Source: an uncultured Clostridia bacterium
GTDB lineage: Bacteria; Bacillota; Clostridia; Christensenellales; CAMQZB01
Direction of reading: 5' to 3'
Assembly (NCBI GenBank): GCA_964406735.1
Contig: CAYOSU010000009.1
Location: 4,491 to 68,490, forward strand
Length of the DNA: 64,000 nucleotides
The notes beneath the pieces are model-generated. The model had not been told where the DNA came from. It was given only the letters and a program-made list of their open reading frames with translations, and made no database searches. Made by a program: the position numbers and the translations under genes. Of this stretch, positions 34,608 to 42,248 are shown in pieces (the first letter of the stretch is position 1; every line of letters starts with the position of its first letter).

Positions 34608-34636
34608 TTGACCAATTTTTTGGACAGTGGTACAAT
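34608..34636 (+). promoter_or_regulatory. candidate promoter of the TPP riboswitch-thiT unit
   Basis: TTGACC, 17-nt spacer, TGgTACAAT. Confidence 0.55.
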
Positions 34637-34639
34637 CTA

Positions 34640-34730
34640 TATACAATTTAGCCGTCAGGGGTGCTGTAAAAAGCTGAGATCATACCCTTTGAACCTGTAA
34701 GTTAGTACTTGCGCAGGGATTAGATGTTTT
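34640..34730 (+). promoter_or_regulatory. TPP (THI-box) riboswitch
   Basis: Conserved GGGGTGC...GCTGAGA...ACCCTTTGAACCTG...GCGCAGGGA core. Boundaries approximate. Confidence 0.88.
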
Positions 34731-34740
34731 GTGTCAACAG

Positions 34741-34772
34741 TCTCGCTTTTTCGTTTTAAGCGGGATTTTTTA
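34741..34772 (+). terminator. riboswitch expression-platform terminator
   Basis: TCTCGCTT/AAGCGGGA stem followed by T6, between the aptamer and the thiT SD. Confidence 0.6.
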
Positions 34773-34837
34773 TTGCAAATATATCTCTTGGCGGCCGCAA
34801 GCGGTTTTGCCTGGTCGCTTGCAACGATAGGAGTGTT

Positions 34838-35506
34838 ATGGCAGAGTTTTTTGAAAAGGTGACTTCATACCTTGAAGGGCTATACATCGGGTTCTCCGAG
34901 ATAGCTATCGTGTTCTTTTGCGTGGTGGCGGTTACCGCACTATTCGCATTCGCAGTCAAGAGCCGAAAGAGCGGTAAATTCAACTCGTCGGCGGTTACTT
35001 ACGGCGGTATCGCTATTGCGCTGTCGATGGTGCTTAATCTCATCACGCTGTTTTCTATGCCAAACGGTGGTTCGGTCACGCTCGGTCGGATAATACCGTT
35101 GCTTGTGTACGCATACATGTTCGGGTTTCCGCAAGGGGCGATCGTCGGAGCTATATACGGCGTGCTGGACTTTATCGCTAAGCCGTATTTTGTGAACGTC
35201 TTCCAGTTTTTGCTGGACTATCCCCTCGCCTATGCGTGCTGTGCGTTCGCCGCAGTATTCCGCAACAACGAGAAGCTGTCCGTTTGGTCGCTTCTTATCG
35301 GGACGGTCATCGCAGGAGTCGGAAGATTTTTCTTTTCTACCGTGTCGGGCGTTCTTTATTGGGGCATCCTGCCGCTTGCGTCAATGGCGTATAATTCCGT
35401 GCTTTTGGTAGATACGGCGGTCTGTCTGGTGATCATTTTTATCCTGACAAGGAGCAAGTCGTTCTGCGGACTGCTTGAAAGCAAAAAAGTGAAAAGAAGT
35501 GAATAA
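34838..35506 (+). CDS. thiT: energy-coupling-factor S component for thiamine (ThiT)
   Basis: 222-aa 6-TM protein directly behind a TPP riboswitch. Body sequence (YGGIAIALSMVLNLI..., LLDYPLAYACCAFA) resembles ThiT. Confidence 0.75.
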   Translation: MAEFFEKVTSYLEGLYIGFSEIAIVFFCVVAVTALFAFAVKSRKSGKFNSSAVTYGGIAIALSMVLNLITLFSMPNGGSVTLGRIIPLLVYAYMFGFPQGAIVGAIYGVLDFIAKPYFVNVFQFLLDYPLAYACCAFAAVFRNNEKLSVWSLLIGTVIAGVGRFFFSTVSGVLYWGILPLASMAYNSVLLVDTAVCLVIIFILTRSKSFCGLLESKKVKRSE

Positions 35507-35511
35507 TTGAC

Positions 35512-35543
35512 GGAACGCCTGCTATGCAGGCGTCCTTTTTATT
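35512..35543 (+). terminator. rho-independent terminator of thiT
   Basis: ACGCCTGC/GCAGGCGT stem followed by CC and T5. Confidence 0.75.
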
Positions 35544-35548
35544 ATGAG

Positions 35549-35581
35549 AAAAAAGCCTCGGTTTTCCGAGGCTTTTGGGTG
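35549..35581 (-). terminator. terminator of the 35590-37560 gene (bidirectional hairpin)
   Basis: Minus strand reads AAAAGCCTCGGAAAACCGAGGCTTTTTT. Confidence 0.75.
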
Positions 35582-35589
35582 TTTTTTTG

Positions 35590-37560
35590 TTACGGGTTGG
35601 TTGTCGTGTCGGCAGTTAGTTTATAATCCGAACCTGAGTCTTCCCACTTGTATCCGTTTGTTACTGTGGGAAGCTGCATTGCTTCCGTAACGGTGGCGTT
35701 AATATTAAATCTATCAATGACGTTGTCGCCGATGACTACGGCTGCCGTACTCTTCGTAGTATCCCAACTGAAACCGTTGGTGAAGTCAACAGTAACAGCA
35801 TTGCCTGTTGTCGGCTTGGGGTTATTCTCGGGGTTCGCTATCGAGATCGGAGCGACTGCATTGAATACCAGAGGCGTAGCAGTGTCGTTAACTACATTAA
35901 CTCTGAGCGTTTTTTTAGAAACGTGGGGAGCGATAGCCAAGGCTGCGCCTTTTGTCGTCGTGCCGCTTGTGTTCGAGTTGACGCTGTAAGAAGTTGCAGT
36001 TGCCGTGAACGTGCCGCCTGCTATCTTTATATTTCCTGCACGAACTTCCATTGCGGAGTCAACGCCTTTGATAGTGCCTCCGTTTATCTCAACATCGCCT
36101 AATTGAGGATGATAGATCGCAGCGTACGTTCCGCTTTCTATCGATCCCGCTTCAGGAGCAATCGTAAGCCTCGTACCGTGACGGGTGCCGTTTCCGGCAA
36201 TTGCGAAGTTACCACTGCTAATAAGTGAGCCGTGGTTGATCGTGAGCCGTGCTTCTTCACTTGCAGTAAAGTCTCCTAACGCTTTATCTGCAAGCGCATC
36301 CTCGCCTTTTAGCGTCAGCTTGACGCATACCTTATCACCGCCGAGGATCTTGCCCGAGTGTCCTTGCGAGGTGTCTTCGATAGTAAGGTCACCGCCACGC
36401 TTTATGCCGATAAGGTAGTCTTGATCTGCTGTGAACGCAGTGTTTTTGTCAGCAAGTGAAATAGTATGACCGTTGAGGTCGAGTTTGACCGTTCTTGTTA
36501 TAATAAGAGGGGTTGTTAAAGCGATATCAGAGCCAAGGGTTACTTTGTCGCATGTATCGAGAGCATCCTGAAGGTCAGCTTGAGTTGTGGGATCTTCGCC
36601 ACACTCGATGGTCTTTTTTACTTTGGGATCGTCAACTATTTTGCTCGATCCCCCGGGAGCGCATATCTCCGTTACATTAATATCGCCACCATTGGAGTGC
36701 TTTGCCGTAACGGTCGCCGAATTAGTGCCTGTTGCGGTAGTATCGACGGTGATATCTCCTTCACACGTGATCGAAACCGGGTCGCCAGTTTTTACGATTA
36801 TTTTGAAGGAGCTGCCGTTTACCGTTTTAAGATCAATCTTGGCTTTGACGGTTATTATGAAATTTGCACGTCCAAATTGCTCATTGAAATTTATCGTAAC
36901 AGGGATGATTACGGTCGAGCCGTCGACAGTTTTTTGTGCAACGGCTTTTTCGTCTATTATTACGTTGCCCTTTTTGACATGGATAGAACCGCTCGACGTC
37001 GTGATCGTTATCGTGCAGTTGATGACGAGGGTGTTTTCTGCGGTCAAAGCCATAAAATCGCCGACTGTCATCGTACCGTTGAGGTTTACGGTCGAGTTAG
37101 GGGTGTTTATCGTAAATTTGCCGCTGACGTCTACAGTACTGAACGTAAGCGTGCCCGTGAAGGCGGAATTTTCAATCGTGAGGTCGCCGTCGCAGCTTAT
37201 CGGGGAAACGAGGTAGTCGCCGTCGCCCGTCAGCGATGCGATCTCGGTGTAATCTATCGTCGGAATGGACTGCGAGCCGCCTGACGATGAGCCGTACCAG
37301 TTCCAGAAGTTTTCGTCAAGAAGTGTGCCCGTCGATGGCGTGGGGCTCTCGGTCGGGGTTGGATCTTCAGACGGAATTGTCGTGGGTGTCGTCGTAGGGG
37401 TCGTTGTCGGAGTTGTCGTTTGTGAGGGCGTTGGAGCAGTAGTTCCCGAGGGTGACGGTGTGGGCGTCGGGTCGGGCTGCTTGCACGACATAAGCGAAAG
37501 GGACATCGCTAATACGAGGATCAGCGAGAGGATGAATTTGAAAATTACTCTTTTTTTCAT
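35590..37560 (-). CDS. surface lipoprotein with Pro/Thr-rich linker and parallel beta-helix-like domains
   Basis: Start taken at MKKRVIFKF (ATG 37560). Lipobox LSLMSC. Linker PDPTPTPSPSGTTAPTPSQTTTPTTTPTTTPTTIPSEDPTPTESPTPS. Repetitive G/T/N-rich beta-strand body. Confidence 0.6.
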   Translation of the reverse strand: MKKRVIFKFILSLILVLAMSLSLMSCKQPDPTPTPSPSGTTAPTPSQTTTPTTTPTTTPTTIPSEDPTPTESPTPSTGTLLDENFWNWYGSSSGGSQSIPTIDYTEIASLTGDGDYLVSPISCDGDLTIENSAFTGTLTFSTVDVSGKFTINTPNSTVNLNGTMTVGDFMALTAENTLVINCTITITTSSGSIHVKKGNVIIDEKAVAQKTVDGSTVIIPVTINFNEQFGRANFIITVKAKIDLKTVNGSSFKIIVKTGDPVSITCEGDITVDTTATGTNSATVTAKHSNGGDINVTEICAPGGSSKIVDDPKVKKTIECGEDPTTQADLQDALDTCDKVTLGSDIALTTPLIITRTVKLDLNGHTISLADKNTAFTADQDYLIGIKRGGDLTIEDTSQGHSGKILGGDKVCVKLTLKGEDALADKALGDFTASEEARLTINHGSLISSGNFAIAGNGTRHGTRLTIAPEAGSIESGTYAAIYHPQLGDVEINGGTIKGVDSAMEVRAGNIKIAGGTFTATATSYSVNSNTSGTTTKGAALAIAPHVSKKTLRVNVVNDTATPLVFNAVAPISIANPENNPKPTTGNAVTVDFTNGFSWDTTKSTAAVVIGDNVIDRFNINATVTEAMQLPTVTNGYKWEDSGSDYKLTADTTTNP

Positions 37561-37725
37561 AGGGTCCCCTATTGCCGCTTTTGAAGAAGATTTTTGGTTC
37601 CCCAACGGTTTTGGTGAAAACCAAAGTCAAAAGGGCTGTTGAAGTACCCCCTCCGATTGGGCGAAACGGGGATGTGCTTATCTGCGTTCCGAGGCATCGT
37701 GAGGGATATTTTGTTTGTTATATTT

Positions 37726-37753
37726 ATTTTAGCACATCTATGCGATTTGTCAA
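37726..37753 (-). promoter_or_regulatory. sigma-A type promoter giving a ~165-nt leader for the lipoprotein gene
   Basis: TTGACA, 16-nt spacer, TGcTAAAAT. Confidence 0.6.
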
Positions 37754-37802
37754 GAATTTTTTTGCGTAGGGTGGGTGTTTGTTTTTTAGTATTATATGTT
37801 GT

Positions 37803-37885
37803 TAACGCTGCCCGAGATTCCGATGCGGCTACAACGGATAGCGTGTGAAGCGTTTCTATCGTGGTTTTGGAGAGAATAATTTTGC
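37803..37885 (+). repeat. mosaic repeat, locus 5a (diverged module A)
   Basis: TAACGCTGCCCGAGATTCCGATGCGGCTACAACGGATAGCGTGTGAAGCGTTTCTATCGTGGTTTTGGAGAG. Confidence 0.7.
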
Positions 37886-37910
37886 AGTTTGACCGATTCG
37901 ACAGTCGGGT

Positions 37911-37950
37911 AAAAGAAGAACAGGTCTTTTAGCAAGATCTGTTCTTCCTT
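37911..37950 (-). terminator. terminator-like hairpin inside the split repeat, probable terminator of the kinase operon
   Basis: 13-bp stem GAAGAACAGGTCT/AGATCTGTTCTTC flanked by A4 and CTTTCTT. Confidence 0.55.
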
Positions 37951-38045
37951 TCTTATATAAAACCGCTTTTTAGGTGGTTTTCGTGGTGTGGGTGTTTTTT
38001 GCGACCAAGGTTTATTGCCAGCACATAGCAAGAGAGTCGCAAAGA

Positions 38046-38176
38046 ACAATCCCTCAGTCTCGGCGTTTTAGCGCCGAGACAGCTCCCTTTACACAAAGGA
38101 GCCTTGTGTGGCGTAAACGCCACAAGTGAAGAGTAAATAGTGTTTAGTGAATAGTGATGGATGAAATTATTATTAG
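38046..38176 (+). repeat. mosaic repeat, locus 5b (core B + module D)
   Basis: ACAATCCCTCAGTCTCGGCGTTTTAGCGCCGAGACAGCTCCCTTTACACAAAGGAGCC followed by TTGTGTGGCGTAAACGCCACAAGTGAAGAGTAAATAGTG...GATGGATGAAATTATTATT. Confidence 0.9.
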
Positions 38177-38182
38177 AAATAG

Positions 38183-39532
38183 TTAGTTATTGAAGGTTAC
38201 GGTGAAGGTGCTGCCGACGTTGAGTTGGCTATCAAGCGTTATATCGTAGCCTGACTTATTGCATATCTTTTTGACGACAGCAAGACCCAAGCCGAAGCCT
38301 CCGTTTTTGCCGCTATGCGACCTATCGACAGTGAAGAAGCGTGAGAACACTTTGTCCATGTCCTTTTCGGCTATGCCTATGCCCGTATCCTTGACGGTGA
38401 AGCTGTTTTTTGTCAGAATTACCGTCAGCGTACCGTTATCCTTATTGTATTTTATGGCGTTGCGGATAAGATTTCCGACTATCTCGCTCAAATATTCGTG
38501 GCGGCTCTCCAAGTGGACGTCGTCCTCTATCTCCTCTTTCAATGTGATTCCACGCTTGTCTATGTCGGGCTTTAAGGCGTAAAGCGTTTCTTTGACGAGC
38601 AAGGTCATATCGACGTCGTAAGGCAGAAGGTCGTCGGAGTCTATCTCGTTGTAGTTTATTATGCAGGCTATAAGGTTGGTGAGCCTTTCGCTCTGGTTCT
38701 CTATCGTCTTATACGCTATGGCTTTCTGCTCGTCGCTGAGTCCGCCGCACGAGAGAAGCTCGGCATAGCCACGAATTGACGTTAAAGGGGTGTTCATCTC
38801 GTGCGTTACGTTGGAGATAAACTCGTCCTTTGACTCCTGAGCCTTTTCAACCAGCTTATTCTCCGCTTTAAGCTCCGCCATTTGTCTATTTATGCTGCGT
38901 GTTTTGGCGTTCAATATCGCAACGACGGGCTTTAATTCGGGGTACGCAGTTTCGACGTAATCGCCGCTTGCCGCATCCTTGGTAAGCTTTTCGACGGGGC
39001 TTAATATAAAGCTCGTGCACATCACAGCCATAATGACGCAAAGGAGCACCATTATCGCCAAAAACGGAAGTACGGAGGGCAGAATATTGACGAAGATCAC
39101 CCAATCGGCGTCGGTGAATACCGCAACCCTGACTAAATACTTGCCGTCGAAGCTCTTGCAGTAGTACAGCATATTCTTGCCGAGCGTCGTGCTCGGGCGT
39201 ACCGCAAAGCCCTCGCCGCTCTCGATTGCCTTTTTTATCTCCTCACGGTTGGAATGGTCTACATCCGCTATATCGGCAGAGCTATCGGCAATGACCTTGC
39301 CCTCTATATCCATAAAGGTCACCCTTGCGCCGTTGAGCTTTTCGGAATACGCCGTCGCACCCTCTTTGGTGAGCGGGTATTTCTCCGCATCAAACTCGTT
39401 CATATAAACCTTGACGTAATTCTTGCCGTCCTCTATCGAGCGGTCGTAGTATACCTGCGTAGCCGCCAAGCCGAACAGTATGACGCTTATCAGTATTACA
39501 CACAAAGACAGCAGCCAGATGCGAGTTTTCAT
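38183..39532 (-). CDS. sensor histidine kinase (PhoR-like)
   Basis: Two TM segments with an extracytoplasmic loop. H-box HEMNTPLTSIRGYAELL, N-box LIRNAIKYN, G-boxes DTGIGI and GGFGLGLAVV. Confidence 0.9.
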   Translation of the reverse strand: MKTRIWLLSLCVILISVILFGLAATQVYYDRSIEDGKNYVKVYMNEFDAEKYPLTKEGATAYSEKLNGARVTFMDIEGKVIADSSADIADVDHSNREEIKKAIESGEGFAVRPSTTLGKNMLYYCKSFDGKYLVRVAVFTDADWVIFVNILPSVLPFLAIMVLLCVIMAVMCTSFILSPVEKLTKDAASGDYVETAYPELKPVVAILNAKTRSINRQMAELKAENKLVEKAQESKDEFISNVTHEMNTPLTSIRGYAELLSCGGLSDEQKAIAYKTIENQSERLTNLIACIINYNEIDSDDLLPYDVDMTLLVKETLYALKPDIDKRGITLKEEIEDDVHLESRHEYLSEIVGNLIRNAIKYNKDNGTLTVILTKNSFTVKDTGIGIAEKDMDKVFSRFFTVDRSHSGKNGGFGLGLAVVKKICNKSGYDITLDSQLNVGSTFTVTFNN

Positions 39533-40170
39533 AGCTTATACCCCACTCCGAAGACCGTTTCTATCTTTACGCCGAGTTTTCTTAGTCTTGCAACGTGATT
39601 GTCGAGCGTTCTCGTTTCGCCGCCGTCATAGCCCCATACGGCGTTAAGAAGCTTTTCTCTTGCCATTACCTTGCCGCTGTTTTCCATAAACACTTTGAGC
39701 AGCTCGAACTCCTTGCGATTGAGTGCGACCTGCTTTCCCTCTATCTCGCACGAGAAGGTCTCGGTGTCGAGCGTTATATCGCCGCACTTTAATACGCTCT
39801 CCGTCTTCTTGCGACGAAGCTGGGCGTTTACACGGGCGGTAAGCTCCAACACCGAAAAGGGCTTTGCGACGTAATCGTCTGCGCCCATATTTAAGCCGCT
39901 TACCTTGTCTTCCTCTTTGTTGAGGGCGGAAAGCATGATGCACGCAATGGTCGGATCTTTTGCTTTTATGAACTTCAAGGCGTCAAGTCCGCTACCGTCG
40001 GGCAACATTATATCAAGGAGCGCAACGTCGGGTGTCTCCGCCGAAAGTGCTTCTTTTATCGCTGAAAGCGTCGAGAAGGTGGACGTCTCCAAGCCGTTCA
40101 TGTCAAGTGCTACCTTGACAAGTCCGCTTATGCTCGGATCGTCTTCTAATATAAAGATCTTGCCTTTCAT
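39529..40170 (-). CDS. OmpR/PhoB-family response regulator
   Basis: Receiver domain ILEDDPSI...LLDIMLPDGSG...ADDYVAKPF with a winged-helix C-terminus. 4-nt overlap with the kinase gene. Confidence 0.9.
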   Translation of the reverse strand: MKGKIFILEDDPSISGLVKVALDMNGLETSTFSTLSAIKEALSAETPDVALLDIMLPDGSGLDALKFIKAKDPTIACIMLSALNKEEDKVSGLNMGADDYVAKPFSVLELTARVNAQLRRKKTESVLKCGDITLDTETFSCEIEGKQVALNRKEFELLKVFMENSGKVMAREKLLNAVWGYDGGETRTLDNHVARLRKLGVKIETVFGVGYKL

Positions 40171-40232
40171 AGTTTATCTCCTTTCCCGTATTGTACTATT
40201 TTTTGCGCCGTATGACAAACAATTACGCTTAT

Positions 40233-41897
40233 TTACAGCACCTCGAGCGTGTTGACGACGTTGATATAGTGGTCTGCGATACGCTCTATGTTGGAAGAAA
40301 GCGACAGGTACTGCGCTCCGACCTCGGGCGTACACTCGTTTTTCTCTAAGCGTCTGACGTGGTTTATTATCATCTCGTCCGTTGCGTTGTCGACTATCTC
40401 CTCTATTCTGAGGGCGTTCCTGCGTGCGGTCTTATCCTCTTCGCTATACGCTTTGGTTACTTGCTTGTGCAGGTTATTTATCTCGCCCTGAAGCTCGGTT
40501 ATCTCGCCTATTGCAGAGGGTGAGAACGTTTCGTTATACCCTTTGAGCTTTTCGGCGTATTCGGTGATGTTTTCCGCATAGTCGCCTATTCTCTCTACGT
40601 CCGAGACCGTCTTTATCGCAGTCGAGAGGTATACTTTATCTTTCTCGGAAAGCTCGGTATTCAGGAGCTTTGCGATGACGGTGTTGAGTTCCTTGTGAAC
40701 GAAGTCGATAAATGCCTCGTTCTTGCGGAATACATCTATCTTTGTGTCGTCGAGCGTGCATATCATATCGCACGCAAGGTTGAAGTTTTCGTTGGCGACT
40801 TCCGCCATATTGAGTATCTCGTTCTTTATCTCAAGCGTTGCGATGGCAGGGGTTGCAAGAAGGTGATCCTCGACGAATTTAAGCTCGAACTCGTCGCCTT
40901 TTTTCTCCGCCTTGTCGGGGAGTATCCTGGTTACTAATTTTACGAGAGCATTCGTTAAAGGGAGAACGAATACTACCGTCGTTACGTTGAAGAACGTATG
41001 GAACATCGCCATCTGTATCTGCGGAGCGTTCGGAATTACAGACTCGAACAGCATGCCGAAGTTTACGCCGAAAGCGTTTATTATAGCGCCTGCGATCATG
41101 AAGATGACTACGCCGCTTACGTTGAAAAGCAGGTGCATCAATGCCGTTCTCTGGGCGTTTCTCGTGCTCGTTATGCCTGCAAGTATCGCCGTTACGCACG
41201 TTCCGATGTTTGCGCCCATGGTGATATATATGCCTTGATTTAGGTTTATCAAGCCCGTTACGACCATCGTTATCGTCATCGACGTCATGACGGACGAGCT
41301 TTGAATAATTCCCGTTATCGCAGCTCCGACGAGGACTAACACGATCGGGCTTTCAAAGGAGGCTAAGAAGGTCTTGACGCCTTGGTGCTCGGAGAAAAAT
41401 TCCATCGAATCGCTCATTACCGAAAGTCCGACGAAAAGTACACCGAAGCCTGCCAATATTCCGCCTATTTTTTGCGCCTTGTCGCTCTTGGCAAAGGCTA
41501 CGACGAACGCGCCTATGCCTGCGACGGCTGCGAATATAACCGAGGTCGAGACAGACTCGCCGCCGAGAAGTCCTAACGCTACGAGCTGACCCGTTACCGT
41601 CGTTCCGATGTTTGCGCCGAATATTACGGTTGCCGCCTGCGTTAAGCTCATGATGCCTGCGTTGACAAAGCCTATTACCATGACGCTCGTTGCACTCGAG
41701 CTTTGAATGACCGCCGTCGTTACAAGTCCGACGCCAACCCCTACGAGCTTATTGTTGGTAGTCTTGGAGAACAGCTCTTTGAGCTTTCTGCTACCGATCG
41801 CCTCTAAGTTGGAGCTCATCATCGTGCAACCGATGAGGAATACGCCGACGCCCGCTATCAACATCAAAACGGAAGAAATTATTTCAACCTCGCTCAT
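40233..41897 (-). CDS. Na/Pi cotransporter family protein with C-terminal PhoU-like domains
   Basis: 554 aa. NptA-type repeats (QSSSATSVMVIGF; IQSSSVMTSMTI). Helical PhoU-like C-terminal region. Confidence 0.85.
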   Translation of the reverse strand: MSEVEIISSVLMLIAGVGVFLIGCTMMSSNLEAIGSRKLKELFSKTTNNKLVGVGVGLVTTAVIQSSSATSVMVIGFVNAGIMSLTQAATVIFGANIGTTVTGQLVALGLLGGESVSTSVIFAAVAGIGAFVVAFAKSDKAQKIGGILAGFGVLFVGLSVMSDSMEFFSEHQGVKTFLASFESPIVLVLVGAAITGIIQSSSVMTSMTITMVVTGLINLNQGIYITMGANIGTCVTAILAGITSTRNAQRTALMHLLFNVSGVVIFMIAGAIINAFGVNFGMLFESVIPNAPQIQMAMFHTFFNVTTVVFVLPLTNALVKLVTRILPDKAEKKGDEFELKFVEDHLLATPAIATLEIKNEILNMAEVANENFNLACDMICTLDDTKIDVFRKNEAFIDFVHKELNTVIAKLLNTELSEKDKVYLSTAIKTVSDVERIGDYAENITEYAEKLKGYNETFSPSAIGEITELQGEINNLHKQVTKAYSEEDKTARRNALRIEEIVDNATDEMIINHVRRLEKNECTPEVGAQYLSLSSNIERIADHYINVVNTLEVL

Positions 41898-41982
41898 TTT
41901 TTATATATCTCCTTTGAAAAGTTTTGGCTAAATTTTCCTTGTATTTAAGGTACTAAAAAGTTGTATAATCAAGCTCCTGAAA

Positions 41983-41999
41983 TTGTAATAAAATTGTAA
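41983..41999 (-). promoter_or_regulatory. candidate Pho-box (two TTACAA hexamers, 11-bp period)
   Basis: Minus strand GATTTTACAATTTTATTACAATTTC, 86-102 nt upstream of the Na/Pi transporter ATG. Confidence 0.35.
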
Positions 42000-42248
42000 A
42001 ATCGGGAGTCCGTGAGGTCTTTGGGCAGGCAAAACAGAAAATAGTCGTAAATTTTCTAAAAAAATATGAAGATTTTGCAATAAAATTCAAAATCAAATTT
42101 CCGCAGGTCTTGAAAACGGCGTTTGGACTGGTGTATAATTATATTGAATAAAAAGTCTTTGCTAAGTGTTGCGGCGATATTTTTTGAAGCAGCAATTTAA
42201 GCGTTTAAGGCTATATTTTCTTTATCAAATCAGGACAAGGAAGCAGAT

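Noticed and set aside
37561-37725. c-di-GMP or other riboswitch in the long leader of the beta-helix lipoprotein gene.
   Set aside because: None of the conserved cores I know (GEMM-I/II, TPP, SAM, FMN, purine, glycine) could be matched. Reported only as a long structured leader.
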